Source: Macrostomum lignano
Lineage: Eukaryota
Length of the DNA stretch: 64,000 bases
NCBI GenBank assembly: GCA_002269645.1
Contig: NIVC01002189.1
Span: 166,925 to 230,924 of the forward strand
Reading direction: 5' to 3'
Shown: piece by piece, positions 51,813-64,000 of the stretch
Layout of the letters: each line of letters opens with the position of its first letter
Position numbering within the stretch: the stretch's first letter is position 1
Notes under the pieces: generated by a model
Seen by the model: only the letters and a program-made list of their open reading frames with translations
Database searches by the model: none
What the model was told of the DNA's origin: nothing
Translations under genes and position numbers: made by a program

Positions 51813-54800
51813 ATGAACGCAACAGGTGCCAACACGAGCGACATGCACCTGCTGGACAAGCAGGGAGTGGAGCTGTCCGAGGACGAGTATCGATATGTAG
51901 TGAAGCACTACGATACCAACCTCATCTATCTGATTGGAATGCTGCTTCGATTCACCGTGAGACTCTTAATTTGCTTTCTCTGCTGTGTCTAGCGACTGGC
52001 ATAAATGTGTGTATTTGTTTATTTACACACCTGTTAATGCGCCCAATTTGCAGTCCTTTCTGTCCAAGGCAGACTTGGCTTACCTGCCTGGAATCGACAG
52101 CGAACTGGGCGTCAATCAGGTAAGCAGTGCTGGCACCGGCCTCTCTTAATCCCCAAGACTTAGCTGGACTGATGCCCCTGCCCGCAGATCACGCAGGGAA
52201 TCTGGCCGGTGCTGCGCAGCTACAGAGATCAGCTGCTGCTGAAGCGGATGCTGGAACAGGACGGCTACAAGGAGAGCAGCCTATGCGCCAAAACTGGACC
52301 GGTTGCTAGGGTCAGATCTGGCAGGGCGGTAAGTGGCAGGTGCACCTGTATAGGGGAAGTGATTCGCGGGGGCTGAGATGCTATTGTGGGCAGATACGAG
52401 TGTAGCAATGCATTATGAAGAGTATGAAGGGTATGAAGGGTTATGACTAATCCCGTTGGTTGCGGTCTCCAATGTCAGACGCACTGCTTGCCAGCAGTCG
52501 AAAGTTGCATATTATGCAGCGCGTTCCTTCCTCAGGGGACAAAATGACGTCTAAAAGTAATGTTGTGTTATACATTGTTTTATCGCTGAAGGAAATACAA
52601 AAAATCGTAATTCCTTGAGTTAAGACCCGAAGAAATACACTGCAGCAGACAGAGAAGATGACAGGAACGAAGACGCTATGACTGACACACCATTACACTA
52701 TAAGCGATACTATGAAGCGAGACTATGACACTGCAATACTTTAGGAAAGAGACAAAAATTATGGATATGTAGGCAGAGTTGCTGCATATCTAACCAAAAT
52801 TTAACCAACCATACCTACGTTTCTAACGATAAAATCCCATCAAAGCTTATGGATTAACCGTGGCAAGCCCGTGGAAAAACCCCTCTAGGACGCTCGTCCG
52901 GAATCCGCCAGCGGCAACGGGCTGCGCATCGCCCAGATGCTACATTCGCACAGCCGCGACCTCTGCGACTCGCACACGGCGGCCAAGACCGTCCTGACGC
53001 AAGACGACCTTGGCCGCCACGTGGACTGCCTTCGCAACATTCGCGCCAAGAACCAGGTGCTGCCGCAGCCGTTCCCCAACGCCGCTTTGCTCTCGGCGGC
53101 CAACCTCACCAACTTGGAGCTGTCGCGGTGCAAGATGCGCGACACCGGCTGGCTCAGCCAGATGTCCGAGGGCCTCATCAATCTGCAGTTGCACGAAAAC
53201 TTCATCACTAAGCTGGACCCCAGCCTGAGCAGGCTGAAGCGTTTAAAGTTTCTCAACTTGAGCTACAATCCCATTAGCTACCTGCCCACCTTCGTCTGCG
53301 ACCTGCCTTCGCTTTCGCTGCTGGACGCCAGCGGGACGCAGCTGAACCGCTTGCCGGAGGAGATTGGCCGCATGTCGGCGCTTACGAACCTCCTGCTAAA
53401 GGAGACGCTGATCCGGCGCCTTCCAGCCGGATTCGGCCGGCTAAAGAAGCTCAAGCAGCTCAACTTGTCCGGCGTCCCGCTGCCCAAGATGTCTAAAAGT
53501 CGCGGCGGTCGCGGCGGCGGCGGTGGCGGCGGCGGCGGCGGCGGCGGCAGCGATGGTGGCGGCGAGGGCGGCGGCGAGGGCAGCTCCGGAGAGGCTCCGC
53601 GGGCCCGGCGGATCAGCCAGGCACAGCGCAGCCGGGCGGCGGGGGCGGCGGCCTGGGCGCCGGGCTGATCATGTCCTACAAGGCCTGGTCCGAGTACCGC
53701 AACCACGGCTTCGCGGTGCAGAAGGCGCTGAAAGGCATCGGCGAGGAGCTGTTCGCCCGACACGACGTTAACAATGATAAAATCCTGCAGGCGCAGGAGC
53801 TGCAGAACTTCCTAGCCGAGCTGTTCGCCGTGGTGCCTCGTCTGTGCGTTGAGGACGGCGGCGGGCCGAGTGAGGCCGAGTTCCCTATAGAACTGCTGGG
53901 CTGCCGCAGCTTGGAGTCGCTGGTGCTCAGCAACCAGGGCATCCGGCGGGTGCCGCAGGAGATCTCGGCCCTCAAGCAGCTCCGGACCCTCGTACTGGAC
54001 AACAATCTCTACCTGGAGAGCGTCCAGGGCAACCTGCCGGAACTAAAAGGTATGGTGGCTGAGGAGCCTGCGTTGTCATGCACTCTTTCGACAGTAGAGA
54101 TGGACGGGGAGATGCGCAGTGAGGCGGGGCCGTCTCGGCAACAATAAAATAACATCGCGTGCTGGGGGAAGCGGATAAATGCAAACAGTGCAGATGAGGA
54201 TTTCACAGAGCATCTGGCTTCTGCAGCAGCGCCAAGCTAGTTGCAATTTCAAAAGCCATGTCTGATTGTTTTTTCCAGTCTTTTCAAGGCTGGACTTACA
54301 GGCGTGTTGTGCATTGGCAGATAAATGCGATGCAGATAAAGTATAATTGAAGCCAAATAAACAGGATATAAATGCATTCATCCTGGACCCCGGACAGACG
54401 TAGAAAAGATGAGATAGAATAAGATAGATACGATATAGATGTCAGGCAGACACAAGCGGCAAGCCACATCGCAAACCTGCACTCCCCGCTACGTACCCGA
54501 ACCTCAGTGCTGTCGATGCAGGGTTGCGAGAACCTGAAGACGCCGCCCCAGGAGATCCTGGCGCAGGGCATGATGGCCACCATCGCCTACCTTCGCCGAC
54601 TGGCCAGCGGCAGCGTCGCCTGCTACCGCACCAAGCTCATGTTTGTCGGCCTGGGCGGCGCTGGGAAGACGAGGTGAGACTGGCCTAAACGGCTACTCAT
54701 TTCACTTTGCAGTGGATTGAAAGTTTCAGTGTCTCTAAAAATAGAAACTAATAAATCGGCTTTGGAAATGGAATCTATTGTTACATCCATTGTTCATTGA

Positions 54801-57800
54801 TGAATTGATGAATTGTGACTAATGCACTGCCGTCTATTGAAGCTTGTACGAGTAACTTCACGCGACAGTCAGAGCCTCACGTTTCATGCCCAAATTGGAG
54901 CCAAAGCGTCACTTAAGTTCTTCAAGTCAGTGTCAAAGCGTCACTTCACTGCTTCAAACCCCCAGAGTCAAATCGTCACTTCACTACTTCAAACCCCCAG
55001 AGTCAAATCGTCACTTCACTACTTCAAACCCCCACAGTCAAATCGTCACTTTACTAGCTCGTACTTCAAACCTCCAGAGTCAAATTGTCACTTTACTGCT
55101 TCAAACCCCCACAGTCAAATCGTCACTTTACTGCTTCAAACCCCCAGAGTCAAATCGTCACTTTACTGCTTCAAACCCCCACAGTCAAATCGTCACTTCA
55201 CTACTTCAAACCCCCAGAGTCAAATCGTCACTTTACTGCTTCAAACCCCCAGAGTCAAATCGTCACTTTACTGCTTCAAACCTCCAGAGTCAAATCGTCA
55301 CTTTACTGCTTTAAACCTCCAGAGTCAAATCGTCACTTTACTGCTTCAAACCTCCAGAGTCAAATCGTCACTTCACTGCTTCAAACCTCCTGAGTCAAAT
55401 CGTCACTTTACTGCTTCAAACCTCCTGAATCAGAGTCGGTGCTCAAGGATCATAAGCTCCCGCCCCATCCCCGATCCCCGTCAGTCTCATGCGAGCCCTG
55501 ATGTCGCCGGACTTCAAGGCGCCGCAAATTCGCCTGGAGGCCATCACGGATGGCATTGACATCAGCACATGGACAATCAACAGGTCAGGCCAGTCCGTCA
55601 CCTTCAGCGTGTGGGACTTCGCCGGCCAGACGCTGTACTACAACACGCACCAGTTCTTCCTGACCGCCCGCGCCGTGTACCTGCTGGTGTGGAACATGCG
55701 GCTGGGCTTCGAGCACGCTGGCCTGGACTTCTGGATGAACAGCATCTCCTGCCACGCTCCCGGCGTGCCAATCTTTGTTGTGGGGACTCACTGCGACAAG
55801 GTGGCGAAGTTCGACATGCCAGTGCAGGATCTCAAGGATAAATATCCCGGAATTGTGGGATTCTTCTCAGTCAGCTCAGCGAGCGGAGAGGTGAGGCGTG
55901 AGGGAAACTGAATGCTTCAGATGGTCCAGTGAGAACTACTAAAAAGCCTGTGAATTCACTGAGAAGGTCTGCGAGTCCGGTAAAAGTCAGAGCGTCGTGT
56001 GGGAAGTTAGATTGTCCTGTACTGGGAGGTCAGATTGTCCAGTACTGGGAGGTCAGATTGTCCTATACTGGGAGGTTAGATTGTCCTGTACTGGGAGGTC
56101 AGATTGTCCTGTACTGGGAGGTCAGATTGTCCTGTACTGGGAGGTCAGATTGTCCTGTACTGGGAGGTCAGATTGTCCTGTACTGGGAGGTCAGATTGTC
56201 CTGTACTGGGAGGTTAGATTGTCCTGTACTGGGAGGTCAGATTGTCCTGTACTGGGAGGTCAGAATGTACTGTACTAGGAGGTCAGAATGTACTGTACTG
56301 GGAGGTCAGATTGTCCTGTACTGGTAGGTCAGATTGTCCTGTACTGGGAGGTCAGATTGTCCTGTACTGGGAGGTCAGATTGTCCTGTACTGGGAGGTCA
56401 GAATGTACTGTACTGGGAGGTCAGAATGTACTGTACTGGGAGGTCAGAATGTACTGTATATGCCAAGTGCTTTTTTACGCGTAGAAGAATTTTTGAAGCG
56501 ACGCGGGGTTGAAAGTGATTGACAACCTGATACTGTAAAGCAACAGGTGCATTGCACAGAATAGTGTTTTGCTTTCACCTTCGGCTTACCTGAAACTTCT
56601 TTCTATTGATTTTTTAAATTCAGTCTTCGATACCCTTTCTCTGAGAATGTAAAAATAGTTCGTGTCTGACCTGCGCCCTGCTCCGCTCCGGTTTCTCATT
56701 GTATTAAAAGCACTTGATTGATTGATTGATTGATTGCCTGCTTGGCGGCCGCTCCTCATCGACTCTCACGGCGCAGCAGGGGGGGGGGGGGGAGTGCCGG
56801 CCCGCGGCTCCACTCCCGCTAATAACGCGGATTAACCCAGCACTGCACTAGCGGGCGGGAGTCGCCTTTTGGGCTCTTTGAAGTCGCAGCCTCCATCCGC
56901 TTAGGATGGAAGATTAAGGAGGCATCGGGGATGCGAATTTCCTCATATCATTCCGCGTTTCAAGGGCTGAGCGAATCTGCAATCCCATTTAGATTTTCTT
57001 TGTCGCTCTCAGGGAGACTCTAAGACAGATGTGGAATTTGCGTGAACTCCGAGGATCCGGAATCTGGGAACCGGGATCTGGTTACCCGAGGCGCAACTTG
57101 AGAGCCTGCAGGGAGGGGTATCGGGCTAATGCATCATCTCTGATTGAAGGCCACTGCAAGGCGTGTGATCGTGCTATTTGATTTGCGAGTCGAGAGGAGG
57201 TCTGTTTAGAAATGCTAGCGCCAGCCGGTATTCACCAATATTTCACGAGAATAATTTGGTGATATTCCGCAAAGCACATCAGCTAAATGAATTGAATATA
57301 GGTATGAATTTATCTGATTTTAGCCTCAAATTGACAATATTTTGCCTTTTTGGACTTTCCAATTTGCAGATAAAGCAAGTATGGCTGTTGTCATTGCTGA
57401 TGTAAAATTTATGGCAAATTTCTGATAGAGAGAAATCCAGCCAGCCCGAAATCGGACATCCAAACTTGCGCGCTGTCTATGGCCCAACCTGCCTTTACTC
57501 TGTAGGATTCCAACATTGGATGTTTTCTTGTAAAAAACTGGAATCTTTTCAGTACTTTCAAACTTTCTAGCTTAGCAAAACAAAAGCAATAATAAAAACG
57601 ATCGGCTGCCTTCAAACCGTGTTGAAAAGCAAAAAAAAACAAAAATTGATGCAGAGCTCCGGAGTCGACTTTCACAGAATTGACAGCTTCAACAAATTTG
57701 AAATATGGGTTCATTTTCAATGGGATTTATTATGAGAGTTGCGCGAGAAATTTGTTGAGAAATCTGCTGATCCTCTCCATACTCTACAGCCGTTTAATCA

Positions 57801-59562
57801 GCGGAAGCAGGTTTCGCAATTAATTAAATTGCAGGCAAGACAAGAAGCATTATTTTACAAATCCAATTCCGCGAATTCCAGTTTACATTTTCCCTCATCA
57901 GGAGGCTGCAGTCTACTGGAGTTTACGAGCGTACGCCAGTCAGTAGTGTCAGTGACGTTATCAGAGAGATTAGGATTAGAGAGAGATTGCTCTGGTAAGT
58001 GGATCTAAGAGATTATATGGATTAGAGAGAGATTATATGGATTAGAGAGAGATTAGGTGGATTAGGGAGAGATTAGATAAATAAGAGAGAGATTAGATAG
58101 ATTAGAGCGGGGTTAGATGGATTGGATAGATGAGAAAATAATGAGAGAGATTAGATGGATTAGAGAGAGATTATATGGATGAGAGATAGAGAGATTCGGC
58201 CGATTAGAACGAGATCAGATGGATTAGAGAGAGATAGAGAGAGAGATTCGGCGAATTCGAGAAAGATTAGACGGATGAGAGATAGAGAGATTCGGTGGAT
58301 TAGAGAGAGATTCGGCGGATTAGAACGAGATTAGATGGATTAAAGAGAGATTAGATGGATGAATTAGAGAGAGATTCGGTGGATTGTAACGAGATTAGGT
58401 GGATTAGAGAGAGACCAGATGGAATAGATGGATCAGACAGTAATGAGAGAGATTAGGGGCAGTGCATGGATACTTTAGTGGGTTCAAAGCGGCTGAGAGA
58501 GGCCATCAAATGCCTGAGGAGGCTGCTGATTGCTCCCTGCTTGCTTGGACTGGCTAAAAGAAGCAGACAGGCCAAGATTGTAGCAATATTGAGCGATCAG
58601 CTCTGCCTTCAACAGCTTCTGCCTGCTTCTTCTGGCCTAGAAAAAAGCCAAATCGGCCTCCTCGAGCAGAGTCTAAATTTAACTTTAGCACGAGAGCCAA
58701 CCCCCCCCCCAAGTTGCGTATTATTAAAAACATCAATCTGGTTTACTTCAGCCAAGCTGCTGTGCATCCAGTTCTCAGTTTCTGCTCACAGGTGAACAGG
58801 ACTTAAGATATTCTCACATTCATTTCCAACATTGAAAATCCGCTGAAAAAATGTCTGAAAAAAAGACACGACAAAATGACATTTGAGGAAAGAAAGAAAG
58901 TTTCAAGCGCAATAAACTTCTACTGCAAGCAGACCTCTAGCTTGGATTGTACGCGGTTGCTGAGCGCTTGAATTCGCGTCTAACTGGGCCGGGTGCAACT
59001 CGGTCAATCTCCGATATGTATCGAAAACAATCGAAAACTAAGAGTCCGATTGGGAGGAGAGCGGGAAAAAGGGGAAGAGTGAGGATGACCGGGAGGGAGA
59101 CGGGGAGAGGGGGAGAGGAGAGGGAAGGAGAGGGAGAGAGAGGAAAGTGAATGAAGAGCTTCCACCGTGACATCAATAAAGTTGCCACTAAGCAGGCAGC
59201 CCGGAGACTATATTTGCACTCAGTTGTACCTTCGGCCCGGCCGCACTATCGCAGTCGTGGCCAACCCATCAAATTTTTCTTTTTCTGTCTGAGCGACTGA
59301 TGGGGGGCCCTCCCCGCTCTCATCACACGCGGCGCGGCGAAGGACAGTCGCTCAAGCCAGCTGGGCCGCGAATTCCGTCAAAGTGTCCCCGATTGTCCCC
59401 TCATGAATAAAACATCGGCGCAGACTCGAGTAAAAACGCTCAAACGACGAGTCGAGTCGCGGGCGCCAGATCTCCGTCAGTAATTCCTACTTTCTCGCTA
59501 CGTCCCAGACAGTCGTTGTGAGGATAAAACTGGAGCTGGCGATGAAGATTTGAGCCGGACCG

Positions 59563-59607
<45 letters not shown>

Positions 59608-62600
59608 AACTCTCCTCTGAATCCCTGGAGGCAGCGAGATTGTAATCGGCTCTTTGATGAAGGCAAATATTTGCGCGGCGGAATTGCAAATGTGCCGCTC
59701 GGGTTTCGGGGGGGCAATCGCGGGGTCCGCCGGAGGGCAGGGGAGCGGACAGGCCCAGACAGACGCCCCAGAGCGATAGCTCAGGAGTTCAAAGTCTTTC
59801 GAGAGTCGGCGAACGAAAACTGACCTCGGGCAATTAGATAGTTGTGGACAAAATACGCGAAATTCGATTATTTCAAATTCGCGAACTTAATCCGATTATT
59901 AACAGGGAGTTGAGCAGCTGCTCAAGCAGATTCTGGAGACAACACTGAGCCAGCCATACATTGGCGAGCACGTGCCAGAGGCTTGGCTTAACTTTGAGAA
60001 GGCGATTATCAGGTAAGTGGCTAATTGGCGAGTGCTATTTCTGACCGTCATGTCCTCGGAATGAAAAGCACACATTTTTCATCCTTCAGCAACCGGAGCT
60101 CGAACAGTCTGCTCAAGTGGAGCGAAGTGATGCAGCTTGGCAAGAAGACTGGAATTTACGGCGAAGAGGTGCAATTTTATGCTTGCTTGAACTGCGGAAT
60201 TAGCAGCAGGATTAACAGCAGGATTAACAGCAGGATTAACAGCAGGATTAACAGCAGGGTTAGCAGCAAGATTAACAGCAGGATTAACAGCAGGATTAAC
60301 AGCAGGATTAACAGCAGGGTTAGCAGCAAGATTAACAGCAGGATTAACAGCAGGATTAACAGCCGGATTAGCAGCAGGATTAACAGCAGGGTTAGCAGCA
60401 GGACTAACTATGGGATTAACAGTAGGATTAACAGCAGGATTAACAGCAGGATTAACAGCAGGATTAACAGCAGGACTAACTATGGGATTAACAGTAGGAT
60501 TAACAGCAGGATTAGCAGCAGGATTAACAGCAGGATTAGCAGCAGGATTAACAGCAGGATTAGCAGCAGGATTAACAGCAAGATTAGTAGCAAGATTAAC
60601 AGCGGGATTAACAGTAGGATTAACAGCAGGATTAAGAGCAGGACTAACTGTGCGATTAACAGTAGGATTAACAGCGGGCTTAACAGTAGGATTAGCAGTA
60701 GGATGAACAGCAGGATTAACAGCGGGATTTAACAGCAGGATTAACTGCGGGATTAACTGCGGGATTAACAGTGGGATTAACTGCGGATTAACAGTGGGAT
60801 TGATAGCGGATTTACAGCAGGGTTAGCAGCAGGATTAACAGCGGTATTAACAGCAGGATTAACAGCAGGATTAACAGTGGGATTGATAGCGGGATTAATT
60901 CTTCCAATTCCGGCAGGTGCCGCAAGCTGTGCAGTTTCTTCACGACATGGGCAGTCTGCAGCACTTCGACTCTGACTTGCTGTACGACATTGTCATCATC
61001 AATCCGCAGTGGCTGGTGGACGTGATGGCTTGCGTTGTCACCGTGCACAATCACGTGATCAAGGTAGGCTGGTGCGCGTATCTTCAATGGGGTGGGGGGG
61101 GGGAAGATGAGGCCTGCCACAAATCAAGGGAAAGAGTAGTCGTTGGCCACTGAGCACAAAACCGAGTAGCTGTTGACCATTGAGCACAAAGTCGAGTAGC
61201 TGTTGAGCCTTGAGCACAAAGTCGAGTAGCTGTTGACCATTGAGCACAAAACCGAGTAGCTGTTGAGCCTTGAGCACAAAATCCGAGTAGCTGTTGTCCA
61301 TTGAGCACAAAGTCGAGTAGCTGTTGACCATTGAGCACAAAACCGAGTAGCTGTTGTCCATTGAGCACAAAGTCGAGTAGCTGTTGACCATTGAGCACAA
61401 AGAGTAGCTGTTGACCATTGAGCACAAAGTAGCTGTTGACCATTGAGCACAAAGTCGAGTAGCTGTTGACCATTGAGCACAAAACCGAGTAGCTGTTGAC
61501 CATTGAGCACAAAGTCGAGTAGCTGTTGACCATTGAGCACAAAGTCGAGTAGCTGTTGACCATTGAGCACAAAACGAGTAGCTGTTGACCATTGAGCACA
61601 AAGTCGAGTAGCTGTTGACCATTGAGCACAAAACCGAGTAGCTGTTGACCATTGAGCACAAAACCGAGTAGCTGTTGACCATTGAGCACAAAGTCGAGTA
61701 GCTGTTGACACTCACTCAGGATGCACAGCGGCCCTGATTGTCTGATGGTCGGGCGTGTACGTAAATACTGTGAATTTCACGAAAAGCATTTTGTTCATGG
61801 GATCGAACTTCTATAAGTTGGGGCGGTCTTGAGGCACCTGTTCAGCATAGAGGAAATTGAGTCTGGGAGCGGCGACCGTGGAACAGGGAGCAGCGCGGGC
61901 TCCCCAACTGGATGTCAAACAAACCTCCGGACTTTCTCCTCTCATTTCACTTCCCTCATCCGTGCCCTCCCTGCCTTTTTAGTCCGCGTAAGCGCTTTGG
62001 TTTTGGAATTTCAAGCAGCTGGCCTGATGTTGATTCCAGGTTAGACTCAAGGAAGCGGCGCCCTTCTCCCCAAGCCCCTTTCTCCTGTCATATCGTTCTC
62101 CGGATTTCTGAACTCAGAAGACTGCGTTTGAATTGACGCGAAAAGCGCCACTCAAGCGAATTCTCCAATTCTCTCCCTTATTCAAACAGTATTGGAATAT
62201 CAGTGGAGAAAAGTGCGTTTCGCCTTTGGTAACATCTTCCCACTACAGGCGAGAAATGAGCTGGCCCAATTGGGCCAGATGTGCAACGACAGCTCAGCCG
62301 CAGCTATTGCGCGGCGCATCTGAAAGCTGCATACGGTTGTCAGTCAAAGGACTGAGGGGTTGCCGCACACACCTTATGTAATGCTGGCACCCATTTTACA
62401 GTTGGGTGAACTGAAGCAATGCAGAGTAAAAGTGTCTTGCTCAAGGACACAAATTGTTCCAATGGGATCGGGAATCGAACCCCAACCTTCTAGTTGCGAG
62501 TCCGACGCTCTAACCTCTAGGCTACAGCAATGAGGACATACAAGCGCGTCAATGCCTGGCCGGGTACGGGGATCCAACCTACACCTACACCTACACCAAC

Positions 62601-63395
62601 CCGCAGGAGGGCCGGTTCAAGCACGAAGACATCCACACTATCTGGAAGGACTACCCGGCCCAGCTCCACGATTGGCTCCTCACCCTGACGGAGACTTTCG
62701 ACTTGACTTTCCCGCTCACCGACTCCGGTGTCAGCGTTGTGCCCTGCCTTCTGCCGCAGAAGAAGCCCCAGTTCGATTGGGACGACGTCACCGCGCTCGG
62801 CGACATCCAGGAGGCCAAGATGAAGTACACCTTCGACTACCTGCCGGCTGGTCTGTTCAACAGGGCCCAGGTGCGATTGTGCCAGTTCTCCGACGACCTG
62901 GTGATCTGGCAGCGGGATCCCTGCTGTGCAAGGGCGACCACCGGCCCTCATGGTCAAGAAGGGGTGCGTCTGGGTGCCCAATACCAGCCTGCTGCCTTTT
63001 TGTTGCGAGAGAAAATTATCAAAAATATTTTCCCTCATCGCCCGTTTTTCATTTCACAGGGAACGCACAGTGATAGTGAAGGTGCAGGGCTCATCTCCCG
63101 AGAACATGCTGATGCTGATACACGAAGTGTTTGAAGGCCTCATCGCCGAGGCGTTCGCGGGGTCTCCTACGTGTACGAGGTGCCGTGCATTGACTGCGTC
63201 AGACAGGTGAGCGAATGCCGTAGCATGCCGGCACGCTTGGGTTAAACTGATCAACCTGTGTGCTTTTTTAATTTCAGAAAATCCAAGAGCCGGCCATGTT
63301 CAGCAGCCAGGTGCTGCGCAGGGCCATCGAGATGCGGGCCTTGTTTCTCCAGTGCCATTCCATGTTCCACTGCGTGCCGATTCCCACTCTGCAAG
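51813..63395 (+). CDS. ROCO-B: death-fold-like N-terminus - LRR - Gly-rich linker - EF-hand - LRR - Roc GTPase - COR (continues past the window; apparent frameshifts)
   Basis: Exons 51813-51956, 52054-52119, 52188-52328, 52889-54049, 54508-54673, 55485-55890, 59906-60012, 60090-60168, 60917-61063, 62607-62963, 63060-63206, 63278-63395. Roc motifs KLMFVGLGGAGKTS, ITDGIDI, WDFAGQ, VVGTHCD; COR FLHDMGSLQHF...INPQWLVDV and YLPAGLFNR. Confidence 0.9.
54940..55428. repeat. 35-bp minisatellite (CTTCAAACCCCCAGAGTCAAATCGTCACTT(C/T)ACTG)
   Basis: Lies in the intron just after the Roc P-loop exon. Confidence 0.95.
55998..56460. repeat. 23-bp minisatellite (TGGGAGGTCAGATTGTCCTGTAC)
   Basis: About 20 units, intronic. 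Confidence 0.95.
57960..58460. repeat. Degenerate ~20-bp GGATTAGAGAGA-type repeat
   Basis: Direct reading. Confidence 0.85.
59568..59608. repeat. (GA)n microsatellite
   Basis: Direct reading. Confidence 0.9.
60198..60897. repeat. 12-bp minisatellite (TTAACAGCAGGA) filling almost the whole intron 60169-60916
   Basis: Direct reading. Confidence 0.95.
61150..61710. repeat. ~30-bp minisatellite (GAGTAGCTGTTGACCATTGAGCACAAAGTC)
   Basis: About 19 units with small indels, intronic. Confidence 0.95.
62278..62526 (-). mobile_element. SINE family 1 copy
   Basis: A box TAGCCTAGAGG, B box GGTTCGATTCC (62471-81), then GTGTCCTTGAGCAAGACACTTTTACTCT...CTGTAAAATGGG. Confidence 0.8.
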
Positions 63396-63703
63396 GTACC
63401 GGGAGCTTTTTTGTCACTTTTTCTTGTACTATACTGGTTTAAAAATATCCACAAGTCTAACAAAGCTTTGCTATCAAGCACTAGTTGCTAGGCGCTGTGC
63501 AGTGGGCACAGACGGACTGCATAGGTACAGTCGCGCTTCTATCATGCGACGAACGAAATAACGAAGCAAGCATCCTAACTGGAGTTTCGGTGCATCAAAA
63601 CTCAAGCAGGTGCAACAAGCAACAGAGCAAATATGCGTAAACACTAATTATCATTCAGTTGCAAAACCGCCCGATCTCTTGCAATTTGAGCTTTATAGAG
63701 GCT

Positions 63704-64000
63704 CAGCAATGGGGCTGGACAACCGTCAGACACTCAGTCCACAGTGCACACAGAGGCTCAGCAATGGGCTGGACAACCGTCAGACACTCAGTCCACAGTG
63801 CACACAGAGGCTCAGCATTGGGCTGGACAACCGTCAGACAGTCAGTCCACAGTGCACACAGATACTCAGCATTGGGGCTGGACAACCGTCAGACAGTCAG
63901 TCCACAGTGCACACAGATACTCAGCATTGGGGGCTGGACAACCGTCAGACACTCAGTCCACAGTGCACACAGATACTCAGCATTGGGGCTGGACAACCGT
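63704..64000. repeat. 54-56-bp minisatellite running off the window end
   Basis: GGGCTGGACAACCGTCAGACACTCAGTCCACAGTGCACACAGAGGCTCAGCAATG-like units. Confidence 0.95.

Noticed and set aside
54822-61715. Repetitive ORFs at 54822-55559, 55929-56522, 60025-60732 and 61059-61715
   Set aside because: Products of intronic minisatellites.

Overview
Eukaryotic (metazoan invertebrate) genomic DNA with GT-AG introns, many intronic minisatellites and transposon debris. The organism cannot be proven from sequence; the style would fit a free-living flatworm such as Macrostomum. Exons were assembled by hand from splice signals and phase matching. Left half (1-34.1 kb): a tandem array of three GT32-family (DXD, SUR1/OCH1-like) glycosyltransferase genes, with a segmental duplication and a duplicated last exon. 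Interspersed are a LOA/R1-like LINE with RNase H, a near-intact PIF/Harbinger transposon, a ~1.3-kb TRIM-like LTR element with a tRNA-Glu primer site and 5-bp TSD, Crypton and piggyBac remnants, and tRNA-derived SINEs. Middle: an orphan single-exon multi-pass membrane protein. Right half (37.7-64 kb): two ROCO (LRR-Roc-COR) genes flanking an intronless TTLL10-like tubulin ligase. The most striking item is ROCO-A. Its Roc domain has lost all GTPase motifs and carries an inserted domain resembling the dynein heavy-chain microtubule-binding domain, followed by COR and SPRY-, MBT- and NHR-like modules. ROCO-B has an intact Roc, an N-terminal death-fold-like region and an EF-hand within its LRRs. 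Several frameshifts across the window are single-base losses in G/C runs and may be assembly errors.
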